From assembly GCA_002494645.1 (NCBI GenBank), contig DACE01000041.1, forward strand, positions 4,389 through 68,388: 64,000 nt of DNA. The letters run 5' to 3'. The position numbers and the translations under genes are program-made. The notes under the pieces are model-generated. The model was given only the letters and a program-made list of their open reading frames with translations. It ran no database searches and was not told the DNA's origin. Shown here piece by piece: positions 28,282 to 37,201 of the stretch (position 1 is its first letter; each line of letters opens with the position of its first letter). The stretch comes from Euryarchaeota archaeon UBA256. GTDB lineage: Archaea > Thermoplasmatota > Poseidoniia > Poseidoniales > Poseidoniaceae.

Positions 28282-29643
28282 TTGCAGCAATATTTCAAGG
28301 CTTTTTTCGTCATCACGCTCTTTCTGCTCGCACCGCTCTCGGGTTGTTTTGGAGAAGATGATGAGTCGGAGGTCATACCTCAACTTCTTCCTGACGAGAA
28401 TACGCCTACCACGGCACTTCGTGGCCAATACTTTACCCTTGACATGGAGAGCAATGTTCCATGGACCATCACCCGTTCCCCTGGTGCTTTCTTCATGGAT
28501 GAATACGGTGTATTGAGGGACGATATCAACATGACTCTACCCGCCAGTACTCAAAACGTAACGATGTTAATCTTGGATACCGAACGTGACACCATTGAAT
28601 TGGCCGTCAGTGCGGGCGACCAGACATGGAATACCACCCTCACTCTTGAGGAAAGTTCAGAATTGATGCTCGTAGATGGCCGCCGTGCCTATCAGACCAT
28701 CGACATGCTCACCAGTTCCTACAACAACCGCTGGTGTGCCTCTGCTTCCATCCACGAGGGTGGGGCGGCATACGAGGCAGCTGCAGAAGCCATGGCGGAA
28801 GAGATGCGTGGCATGGGCTTTGATTTTGTTGAAGTCACACGCTACGATGACGACCCCGACCAACTCAACGTCGTGGGTTATAATTACGGCCGTGTCAATC
28901 CAGACGAGTATATCGTTATCGGCGGCCATTTCGATATCGCCTACGCCTTCACGCCGCCAAGTGGAGGAACCAACGAAGGTGCTAACGATGACACCTCAGG
29001 TTCCACCGTGTCCCTCGAGATGGCTCAAGCCTTGGCCCAGATGGAGTTTGACCATACCGTGGTTGCAGGTCTCTGGGCGTGTGAAGAAGAAGGCCTTCTC
29101 GGTACGAGGGCATACGTCGCAAATTTGCCCGAGAACGTCTCCGTACGAGCCTACATGAATTTCGATATGGTGTCGCTCAACTATCCCATCACGCCCTTGA
29201 CCGAGCCGATCGTTGGACCGGGCGGCGAAATCTTCTCTCCCACCAAATACGATTGGGACATTAGCATCGCTGGAGCCAACCAAAACAACATGGAGCGCAT
29301 GATGGAGTGGGTTGGTACAACCATCGAGGACGATTTAGCCTACACGCCAACAGAAGGGAACCCCATCAACTGGCAAATCGCCGAATCCTGTGCATCCGAC
29401 CACTGTTCATTCTTTTCTGAAGGTTATCCTACCTTCAATTTCTTCAGTCCAGGGGGCGACATTTCCTTCTGGCAAGAATGGCACTCACCCTCCGATACCC
29501 TCGAATTCATGACGGCTAAAGCCGGTGGTCAAGAGGGCATGGAAAGCGGCTTCAACAGTCTTGTTTGGTCGTCGCTTGACCTGTTCATCCGTGTCGACAA
29601 CGCTGAGGATTTCTACGGTAACTGGTATACTGAAGAGGCCTAA
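28282..29643 (+). CDS. secreted M28-family aminopeptidase lipoprotein
   Basis: Lipobox LSGC. M28 zinc-ligand pattern GGHFD, NDDTSGS, CEEEGLLGT, NFDMV, SDH. TTG start. Confidence 0.8.
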   Translation: MQQYFKAFFVITLFLLAPLSGCFGEDDESEVIPQLLPDENTPTTALRGQYFTLDMESNVPWTITRSPGAFFMDEYGVLRDDINMTLPASTQNVTMLILDTERDTIELAVSAGDQTWNTTLTLEESSELMLVDGRRAYQTIDMLTSSYNNRWCASASIHEGGAAYEAAAEAMAEEMRGMGFDFVEVTRYDDDPDQLNVVGYNYGRVNPDEYIVIGGHFDIAYAFTPPSGGTNEGANDDTSGSTVSLEMAQALAQMEFDHTVVAGLWACEEEGLLGTRAYVANLPENVSVRAYMNFDMVSLNYPITPLTEPIVGPGGEIFSPTKYDWDISIAGANQNNMERMMEWVGTTIEDDLAYTPTEGNPINWQIAESCASDHCSFFSEGYPTFNFFSPGGDISFWQEWHSPSDTLEFMTAKAGGQEGMESGFNSLVWSSLDLFIRVDNAEDFYGNWYTEEA

Positions 29644-29703
29644 GCACTGAGTTGGTCAATCACTCCATTGGGCGCACTGTGTGCAGCCACGGTCACGGAT
29701 TGC

Positions 29704-30162
29704 TCAACCTTCAATTCCCGCAGGTTGAGGTTCACTGTAATTTCGTGTCACTACAAGTCCAAGCAAGGCGCCCAGCGGTGCCACCATCATCGAGAAGAGC
29801 AGTACGGGGAAGGAGACGTACAAAGGTTGCTCGGTAGCGACCAAGCGTTGCCAGGTCCAGCGTCCAACAAAGAGGTCAAAGGCGAGGTAGTGCAACCAGC
29901 CGACCAAAATCACCTCTTCTTCTGCAAACATGTCAATCACAATGGCAGGAGTGGGCATGTCACTTCCCAAGAGAATGAAAATGTCAACGAGGTTGGGCAG
30001 CACAGCAATGGTGTAGGCGACCGCCAAGGGGGCGAGGTAAATCCATTCGTTCTTCATCAGTGCAGCGGTTCGCTCGTGGTAGGGGGCAAACCACATCATG
30101 ACCCAGAAGGGGAGGATGTAGAGGCTGGAAAACCAAAATAGAAGTTCAATGAGTTCGACCAT
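29704..30162 (-). CDS. DUF4281 / ABA4-like membrane protein
   Basis: Four hydrophobic helices and the motif GWLHYLAFDLFVGRW characteristic of the ABA4-like family. ATG 30162 lies 4 nt after the upstream stop (GTG alternative at 30174). Confidence 0.55.
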   Translation of the reverse strand: MVELIELLFWFSSLYILPFWVMMWFAPYHERTAALMKNEWIYLAPLAVAYTIAVLPNLVDIFILLGSDMPTPAIVIDMFAEEEVILVGWLHYLAFDLFVGRWTWQRLVATEQPLYVSFPVLLFSMMVAPLGALLGLVVTRNYSEPQPAGIEG

Positions 30163-30166
30163 GTTA

Positions 30167-30787
30167 TCACGCACTACCGTTCATGATGTTCAAGGCTTCC
30201 TGTAAAACCGTGCTGTTGGACCAGTATGTGCGAGAGGTCCAGACCAGCCGACCGCTCTCGTCAATCACCTGAAGGGTTGGCGTGACAGGATCCTCAAAGG
30301 CCGTGTACAAGCCGATATCAGTCATGCGTCCCGTTGAGGCGTCAATGACATTGGTTGATTCGTCTGGCAACAAAATAGGCCAAGGCGTGTATTCGCTGCT
30401 GTTGTTATCGCCGTAACGGTTCGCAACTGCTTCTGATGATTCAAAGGATGCATATCGGTGAACTGAGACGATGTTGGTGGAATTAGAGATATTGCCCGCC
30501 TCCATCTCTTCTTTGATGAGACCGGTCCAATCGTGGCATCCGCTACAGCCAGCAGCGACCCAGAGCATCAATACTGGGCCGTCGAAACTATTCCTCAAGT
30601 CGTGGCGTTCACCTTCATCGACGTCCCGGTTGAGGGTCGGTGCTGAAAAGGAGAGATTCTCCGGCGTTGAGGCGACCGTCTCTTCTTCAGCCACCATTTC
30701 GCTTGCAGGTGGCGCAGTGCACCCTGCCAGCATCAGAAGGGCTGTCATGAGGGTGACTGCTGTGTGCCCGCGAGTCATGTACTCCAA
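30167..30787 (-). CDS. thioredoxin-fold (TlpA/ResA-like) CxxC lipoprotein
   Basis: Lipobox LMLAGC. Redox motif WVAAGCSGCHDW in a thioredoxin-like context. Confidence 0.6.
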   Translation of the reverse strand: MEYMTRGHTAVTLMTALLMLAGCTAPPASEMVAEEETVASTPENLSFSAPTLNRDVDEGERHDLRNSFDGPVLMLWVAAGCSGCHDWTGLIKEEMEAGNISNSTNIVSVHRYASFESSEAVANRYGDNNSSEYTPWPILLPDESTNVIDASTGRMTDIGLYTAFEDPVTPTLQVIDESGRLVWTSRTYWSNSTVLQEALNIMNGSA

Positions 30788-30817
30788 CCACCTTCATCAG
30801 TATATCAAGGGCTGTTC

Positions 30818-31360
30818 TTACCAAGCAAAGTGCCATACCCAGTAGATGGCGTCCCACCAAGTACACTGGATGGAGAGCATGATGGAGCCGGCTAACACCG
30901 CTCGACTGCCAGGCAGTTCATTTCGTGTGGACCAAGCCAGCAGGCCAAAGCCCATGCTAGCTAATCCAGCAGTCCACAATACGGTGACGACAAAAACAGC
31001 TTGCAGTGTGCCGGGTTGCTGGATGTAGATGCGAGTGAGGTCGATCCAAACCAATGAGGTCAGCATGAATGCTGCGTACAAGACCATGAGGCGCTGTACA
31101 CCCTTTCCGTCCTTTTCTTGCCAAGGATAGTGCAGACTCGCCACATCTTCCTCACTCCATGCGAAGAAGAAGCGATGCCACATCAACAGGTAACCGATTG
31201 CAGCGACAAACATCCACGGTACGATGAAAGATTGCATGCTTGGTGAAACATTCCCCCAGTAGACCAGAGGGTCTGCAACAGCACCCACGCCCCGCCAATA
31301 GGACATGAGAATGAGCGGTCCCACGATGAAGGTCGACCAAAAAACGAATCTTCGATTCAT
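30818..31360 (-). CDS. Trp-rich polytopic membrane protein, unknown function
   Basis: 180 aa, about 5 TM helices. Start overlaps the RND gene stop (ATGA). Confidence 0.5.
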   Translation of the reverse strand: MNRRFVFWSTFIVGPLILMSYWRGVGAVADPLVYWGNVSPSMQSFIVPWMFVAAIGYLLMWHRFFFAWSEEDVASLHYPWQEKDGKGVQRLMVLYAAFMLTSLVWIDLTRIYIQQPGTLQAVFVVTVLWTAGLASMGFGLLAWSTRNELPGSRAVLAGSIMLSIQCTWWDAIYWVWHFAW

Positions 31361-34194
31361 TCCTCTTCACCCAATGCCTTGGCTGCCGTTCTGCGTAGGA
31401 AGGGCGTGTACAACGCTGGCAAAATCAACAGACTGGAGAGCAGTGCCAACGTAATCGCTACCACGAAGGCTTGGCCGAACAACCGAAGCGGCAGGAGCGC
31501 TGAGAGGTTGAGCACGGCAAATCCACCTGCAGTCGTCAAAGCAGCACCGCCCATGGCTCGTCCTGTGGTCGCCGTTGAGCGAGCAACCCATTCGTGCGGT
31601 GTCGCTCTCGGGTCATGTTCCGCTTCTTCTTCGAGGCGCGTCGTAAAGTGAACGGCATAATCAACGCCTAATCCGAGCGAAAGTGCCCCTATGGTCACCG
31701 TTTGGGAGTTGATGTTGTAGCCCGTGTATCCCATCAATCCATACACCCAGACTACAACCATCATGAGGGGTATCCATGAAACAAAGCCGCGCTGGATGCC
31801 TTCTGTAATGTCGTTTTGATTGCGGAAGGTGTGGATAGAGGTCAACATCAACAGGATCACGACCGCCACAATAGCGGTTGATTGAACCGAAGCAGTTGCG
31901 ACATCTGAGGTCGTTTGTGCGTTAATGAGGCTTCGGCCGCTCAAGCGCAGAATGAAGGAATCGTCAATCCCTTCTGCCATATCCTCCAAAGCTGCTTCAA
32001 TGCCCTCAGCGAAGGCGACAGTCGCTGCCCAGTCCAAGGTATCGCCTTGGAAGGAAATAACCGTCTGTTCACCGTCTCGGGCAAGGAAACTCTTGGTCAA
32101 CTCGATTCCTGTCGCATTCTCCAACGCCCATGTCTCGAGGTCCTGCCAAGCATCGTTGTCTCCGTTTTCAGCAGCGAGGAGCATGCGGTCAAGGTCCGTA
32201 TCTTGGAGACGTGCCTGCTCTAACATGTCCCACAACCCGTTGGGTACACCGTTGATGGTATCAAGTTCAGAGAGGCCTTGATGGGTTACATACCAAGCAG
32301 TTTTCCCTTCTGCCGAGAGAATGTCGCCGTCAATCACAATGTACAACGGTGACCGACTGGTGCCGAATTCATCACTGATGAGCAAGAAATCCTGCACAAC
32401 AGGCACCGAATCATCGAGTTGGTCACGCTGTTCGAAGGCGACTTCTAATTGTTGGAACCCAAAGAACATCGGCACCAATAAAATCACGGCAATGATTCCT
32501 ACCATCGATGGCTTCTGAGACAGAGTAGCGATGTTATTGCTGACGGGTCCAATGGAAATTTTGCTGGCCTTTTCCATGGGCAATCGCTTGACAGGAAGAA
32601 TCAGCATCAAGGCAGGGAGGGCCGAAATGCTCAGGAGATAGATGAAAAAGAGACCGATAGCAATGACCGTTCCAAAGACCTGCAAGAACGCAAGGCTTGA
32701 CAGGCGGAATGAAAGGAAACCTACGATATCGGTAAAGATCGCAATCAGAAGGGCAATAGAGGTCAAAATCGTTCCCTGGCGGATGGCTCTGCGGCGTGAT
32801 TCAAGGTCGAAGTCACGAAGTGTAATTCGTCCCTGCGGATTCTTTTCTTCCTCCGACTTCAATTCTTCACGTATCCGTACGACAACGTGTAACCCATAGT
32901 CGACTCCAATCGCCAAAAGCAGGACTGGAATCGAGTTCATAGCCGCATTGAATGTCATGTTGACGCCCAAGAATTGCAGCCATCCAGAAAGTCCGTAGGT
33001 GGCCATGATAGCCAAAATGGTGAGGCTGAGCACGTAGGCAGTTTCCCGAACGCTGCGGAAGTTGAACCAGAGAATGATACCCAGCAAGAGCAGTGCAGCA
33101 CTGGTGAGCATGCCGATTTCTTTGCCGATTGTTGCGGTGGAATTTTCTGCAAATTGAGCGAAGGAAAAGGTCCGAAGGTCTTCCTCTCCAGTCACAGCGA
33201 TGACGCTTGCTTCAAGGCCTTCAGCCCATGAAGCGAGGTCGGCTTGGACGTCCCCCAATACATCGTAACCGTAGTCTTCAGGTTCGCTTGAAACGACGAG
33301 GGTCACCATGACTGGGCCTTTTGAATTCCAAGGGTCTTCAGCGTCATCTGTTGGAAGGCATGAAAGGATGGCTGCGCGGAAATCGACGGACTGCAATCCG
33401 AGCAAGGGCCCCAACTGACCTTGAAGTGGCCCGGTGATGGCTGCAATCTGCCCTGCTTGGGCAGCGCTTCGATTGTCGGGTGCACTGGCTAATTGGTCCA
33501 TGAGTTGGCCAAGTTCGTCAGAAAGGTTGGTCCCGTTGTCCAAACGAGGCAACCACTCGGCGGGATTACTGGCGTCCCAGTCCATCAGTCGTTGGGGCGT
33601 TACAGGGTCAACATTGGGTACCATGCTCGCAGCGGAACTCAGATTTTGAAGCGCAGCGCTCAAATTAGCATCGTCCTGAGCCATCATGACCTCAACCAGC
33701 GATGCATTCAGCCCTGTCAGCCATGCATCGGCTGTTTGTTCATCGTGCAAGGCCATCCACTGCATGGCCTGCCCTGCAGGGCCGTTATTCGCTTGTGTTC
33801 CAAAGAGTGGGTAGTGGTATTCGGTGAAATTTCCGTCACCGAGCATGGTCGCTTCGATGAGCGCCAGGTGCTCCCAAGTCGATTGATTGAGCATGTCGCC
33901 TTTGCTAATCTCGCTGATAACACGGATAAAATCAATGTTTGAGCGGTATTCAGACTCGACCTCGTTAAGCAGATCAACGCTTGGGTCATCGGGGAAGAAA
34001 CCGTCTTCACTGTTGTCAAATTGAAGGTGCATGGCGCCAGAGGCAAGCATGAGTACGACAAGAAGAATGGTGGCAAATGCAGTACGGGGTCGGTCAACAC
34101 TCCAGTTGGTCAGGGTCATGAAAGGATTCCGCATGATTTTTGCACATTCTTTTTGTTTATAACCGCCTGTTTTGATTTTTCCAAACAACATCAT
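31357..34194 (-). CDS. RND-superfamily (MMPL/HAE3/HpnN-like) exporter
   Basis: 945 aa. 1+5 / 1+5 TM arrangement with two large extracytoplasmic loops. Sterol-sensing-like block GVDYGLHVV and repeat GVDYAVHF. Confidence 0.8.
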   Translation of the reverse strand: MMLFGKIKTGGYKQKECAKIMRNPFMTLTNWSVDRPRTAFATILLVVLMLASGAMHLQFDNSEDGFFPDDPSVDLLNEVESEYRSNIDFIRVISEISKGDMLNQSTWEHLALIEATMLGDGNFTEYHYPLFGTQANNGPAGQAMQWMALHDEQTADAWLTGLNASLVEVMMAQDDANLSAALQNLSSAASMVPNVDPVTPQRLMDWDASNPAEWLPRLDNGTNLSDELGQLMDQLASAPDNRSAAQAGQIAAITGPLQGQLGPLLGLQSVDFRAAILSCLPTDDAEDPWNSKGPVMVTLVVSSEPEDYGYDVLGDVQADLASWAEGLEASVIAVTGEEDLRTFSFAQFAENSTATIGKEIGMLTSAALLLLGIILWFNFRSVRETAYVLSLTILAIMATYGLSGWLQFLGVNMTFNAAMNSIPVLLLAIGVDYGLHVVVRIREELKSEEEKNPQGRITLRDFDLESRRRAIRQGTILTSIALLIAIFTDIVGFLSFRLSSLAFLQVFGTVIAIGLFFIYLLSISALPALMLILPVKRLPMEKASKISIGPVSNNIATLSQKPSMVGIIAVILLVPMFFGFQQLEVAFEQRDQLDDSVPVVQDFLLISDEFGTSRSPLYIVIDGDILSAEGKTAWYVTHQGLSELDTINGVPNGLWDMLEQARLQDTDLDRMLLAAENGDNDAWQDLETWALENATGIELTKSFLARDGEQTVISFQGDTLDWAATVAFAEGIEAALEDMAEGIDDSFILRLSGRSLINAQTTSDVATASVQSTAIVAVVILLMLTSIHTFRNQNDITEGIQRGFVSWIPLMMVVVWVYGLMGYTGYNINSQTVTIGALSLGLGVDYAVHFTTRLEEEAEHDPRATPHEWVARSTATTGRAMGGAALTTAGGFAVLNLSALLPLRLFGQAFVVAITLALLSSLLILPALYTPFLRRTAAKALGEEE

Positions 34195-34231
34195 TTTCGG
34201 ACCCTTGCCAGGAAAAAACTGTGGCAGAATT

Positions 34232-34276
34232 TTCCAATTGAAGATTTGATTTCTATATTGGATAATTCAATTGATT
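34232..34276 (-). promoter_or_regulatory. RND operon promoter: TATA-like CAATATAG flanked by two TCAATTGA-type palindromes
   Basis: Minus-strand CAATATAG at 34253-34260. CCAATTGA at 34234-34241 and perfect TCAATTGA at 34267-34274, centres 33 bp apart. Confidence 0.45.
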
Positions 34277-34306
34277 ACATTGACGCGCAGACCAATCAAG
34301 AATGAA

Positions 34307-34777
34307 TCATTCCGATTCATCAAGATCCAACAATACGGCGCCTTGGGCGACTTGCTCACCGGCTTTGAAGTGGATATGTGTCACCGTCCCGTTGGTCGAT
34401 GCAACGATCCGATGTTCCATCTTCATGGCCTCAAGGACCATGAGTGCGGCTCCCGCTTCAACGGATTGCCCTTCACGGACGAGGACATCGAGAACTTTTC
34501 CAGGCATTGGTGCGACCAATCCTCCCTCGTCATGAGCGGAGGATGACCCAGGCTCAATTCGCTCCCACCGATAGGTACGTCCGTTGAGGTGAACCCACCA
34601 AACATCGCCGACTTTTGTGGCGTGAGCGATGCATTTTCCACCGTCGGGAAGCCTCACCATCAAACGCCCTCGGTCATGTTGTGTGAGTGAAAAGCCCGAG
34701 AGATGTAGCACCTCACCATCACGGGCAAGTGTGACTTCTACAGGTCCTTCCGAGGAAGCAAAGGTGTGCTGCATCAA
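34307..34777 (-). CDS. biotin carboxyl carrier (biotinyl domain) protein of acyl-CoA carboxylase
   Basis: Biotinylation motif LEAMKMEH. Start overlaps the biotin carboxylase stop (ATGA). Confidence 0.85.
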   Translation of the reverse strand: MMQHTFASSEGPVEVTLARDGEVLHLSGFSLTQHDRGRLMVRLPDGGKCIAHATKVGDVWWVHLNGRTYRWERIEPGSSSAHDEGGLVAPMPGKVLDVLVREGQSVEAGAALMVLEAMKMEHRIVASTNGTVTHIHFKAGEQVAQGAVLLDLDESE

Positions 34778-36282
34778 GGGTACCTCCTGTGGAGGGTTGT
34801 GAAGGGGCTTTCAGGTCCATGACCTCCTTCTGTTGAGGCCGACCCTCGCTGGAGGTGAAGGCCAAGGGTTTCAGCCCCAGCAGCAACGAGAAGCGAGGCA
34901 TCCTCAAGCGTCATGTCGCGTGGCGGGTTCCACCCTTTTGGCCACAGAGTGTCAATGGTCGTGGTGGTGGTTGATCCGTCAATGACCGGTTGAGCATCAC
35001 AGAGGTCGCGTAGAAATTCAACGTTGGTCGTGGTGCCTAAAATTACGAATTCATCCAGTGCCCGGCGCATTTTCTGCAATGCTTCGACTCGGGAGGGTGC
35101 CCAAACAATCAGTTTGGCCAACATCGGGTCGTAATTTGGAGTGACATCATCACCTTCACGCACGCCGGTGTCAAGACGGATACCCGGCCCTTCAGGTGGG
35201 CGGAATACGGCTAACGGGCCGATGGCTGGGAGGAAGTTATTGGCTGCGTCCTCAGCGTAAAGACGAACTTCAATGGCGTGGCCGCGAATCATCAAATCAC
35301 CACACGACATGGGGTCGCCACCAGCGATGCGGAGTTGTTCACGAACGATATCTACGCCAGTCACCAACTCAGTCACGGGATGCTCAACTTGGATTCGAGT
35401 ATTCATTTCAAGGAAGAAAAATTCACCCGACGCTGCGAGGAGGAATTCAACCGTTCCCGCACCTTCGTAGTTAACGGCTTGCGCAGCAGCGACGGCTGCT
35501 TGACCCATCGCATCACGAAGTTCAGGGGTCATGGTCGGCCCTGGTGCTTCCTCGAACACTTTTTGATGGCGGCGTTGTACACTACATTCCCGTTCTCCAA
35601 GGTGGATGGTTCGTCCGTGTCGGTCGGCAAGCACCTGTATTTCGATGTGTTTTGAACCTGTGAGCAGGCGTTCGATGTAGATGCGCCCATCGCCAAAGGC
35701 TGCAATCGCTTCTCGTTGCGCAGCGGATGCAGCTTGGTCAAAGTCGGCAGGGTCATGCACTGCGCGCATTCCCTTACCGCCCCCGCCGCTTGATGCTTTC
35801 AGCAACAGAGGGTAGCCAACCCGTTTTGCAGCCTCTCGCAATGCCTCCAGTGTCTTACCTACATCGTCTTCTTCAACTTCTTCTCCCGGGATGACTGGGA
35901 CGCCAGCCGCTCGCATGGTTTGACGTGCAGTCATTTTGTCCCCCATCTGATCGATGGCTTCAGGGGAGGGTCCAATCCAAATCAGGCCGTTGGCGCTCAC
36001 CTGTCTTGCAAAATCTGCACGTTCAGAGAGAAATCCAAAGCCAGGGTGAATCGCATCAGCCCCAGTTGAATGAGCAGCAGCGATGATTTGCTCTTGGTCA
36101 AGATAGGTTTCTCCAATGCTATCTCCTTTGAGCAGCACAACCTCGTCAGCAAGTTCAGTAAAGAGGCTACCTTGATCGTTTGAAGCACAGATCGCAACAC
36201 TACCAAGGCCTGCTTCAGAGCATGCCCGCAGAATCCGACAGGCGATTTCACCTCGGTTAGCCACCAGAACCTTACTGACCAT
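34774..36282 (-). CDS. accC: biotin carboxylase subunit (methylcrotonyl-/acyl-CoA carboxylase alpha, BC + BT part)
   Basis: KVLVANRGEIACRI, GGGGKGMR and EMNTRIQVEHPVTE ATP-grasp motifs. Confidence 0.9.
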   Translation of the reverse strand: MVSKVLVANRGEIACRILRACSEAGLGSVAICASNDQGSLFTELADEVVLLKGDSIGETYLDQEQIIAAAHSTGADAIHPGFGFLSERADFARQVSANGLIWIGPSPEAIDQMGDKMTARQTMRAAGVPVIPGEEVEEDDVGKTLEALREAAKRVGYPLLLKASSGGGGKGMRAVHDPADFDQAASAAQREAIAAFGDGRIYIERLLTGSKHIEIQVLADRHGRTIHLGERECSVQRRHQKVFEEAPGPTMTPELRDAMGQAAVAAAQAVNYEGAGTVEFLLAASGEFFFLEMNTRIQVEHPVTELVTGVDIVREQLRIAGGDPMSCGDLMIRGHAIEVRLYAEDAANNFLPAIGPLAVFRPPEGPGIRLDTGVREGDDVTPNYDPMLAKLIVWAPSRVEALQKMRRALDEFVILGTTTNVEFLRDLCDAQPVIDGSTTTTTIDTLWPKGWNPPRDMTLEDASLLVAAGAETLGLHLQRGSASTEGGHGPESPFTTLHRRYP

Positions 36283-36291
36283 CGTTGCCCC

Positions 36292-37158
36292 TCAGTTTTC
36301 TTCGTCAGGTTTCCAATTGGGTGGCCGTTTCTCAAGGAAGGAGGAAAGCCCTTCTTGGCCCTCGTTTGAGCCGCGCATTCGGCTGGTGAAGTCCAGCGTC
36401 CAATCTCGTAGAGCTTCATCTGAATCGGTCCAGCGGTCAAAGCCAAGTGTCAATTCTTTGGCCAAGGTGACCGCTGATGGACCCGTCGTGAGAACTTCGG
36501 CGATGATTTCCTCGACTGCACCATCAAGATGTTCAGCATCATCGACGATTCGTTCAATGAATCCGATACGAATTGCTTCATCGGATTGAATTCGGCTTGC
36601 CTGCATGGCCAATCTTCGGAAGGTGGCGGACCCGAGGCGCCGGTAGACATAGGGGCCGATAACGGCTGGAAGGATGCCGAGTTTGCCTTCTGAAAGTGCA
36701 ATGCGAAGGTTGGATGTTCCTACCACATAATCGCAACACGAAATCAAGCCAGCGCCTCCTCCCAATGCAACACCTTGTGCGGCAGCAACGGTAAAGCACG
36801 GGTGAGACCATAATCCGTTGAAAAGGCGGTCAAGCCGCTTTGAATCAGCACGATTCTCTTCAGGCGTGTTGGCTCCAGCGTCGCGCATCATGTTGATGTC
36901 GGCTCCTGCACAAAAGTGACGCCCCTCTCCGCTCAAGACCAAGGTACGTAGGTAGGGCGTTCCGTTGTCATCTTCGAGGGCATCTTGTCGACCTGCGCTG
37001 CGAACAGCTGTCCATTCGAGCACATCGATCAACTCCTGAATCATCACCACGTTGAGTGCGTTAAATTTCTCCGACCGTGCGAGCGTGATGCGTGCCCTTG
37101 GGCCATCAATCTCCAAACGGATGAGGCTTGTTGCTGGCGGATTGTCCATGGTCGTCAT
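36292..37158 (-). CDS. enoyl-CoA hydratase family (likely methylglutaconyl-CoA hydratase)
   Basis: Crotonase motif HFCAGADINMM. Sits between the carboxyltransferase and biotin carboxylase genes. ATG 37158 chosen (track extends to 37413, overlapping the upstream gene). Confidence 0.8.
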   Translation of the reverse strand: MTTMDNPPATSLIRLEIDGPRARITLARSEKFNALNVVMIQELIDVLEWTAVRSAGRQDALEDDNGTPYLRTLVLSGEGRHFCAGADINMMRDAGANTPEENRADSKRLDRLFNGLWSHPCFTVAAAQGVALGGGAGLISCCDYVVGTSNLRIALSEGKLGILPAVIGPYVYRRLGSATFRRLAMQASRIQSDEAIRIGFIERIVDDAEHLDGAVEEIIAEVLTTGPSAVTLAKELTLGFDRWTDSDEALRDWTLDFTSRMRGSNEGQEGLSSFLEKRPPNWKPDEEN

Positions 37159-37187
37159 TCCTAAAACTCCAATTGTAAAATTAAAAA

Positions 37188-37195
37188 CTATATTG
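37188..37195 (-). promoter_or_regulatory. internal TATA-like CAATATAG upstream of the hydratase gene
   Basis: 43-bp AT-rich spacer. The same 8-mer occurs at the RND promoter. CCAATTGT lies between it and the ATG. Confidence 0.4.
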
Positions 37196-37201
37196 AAAAA
37201 T

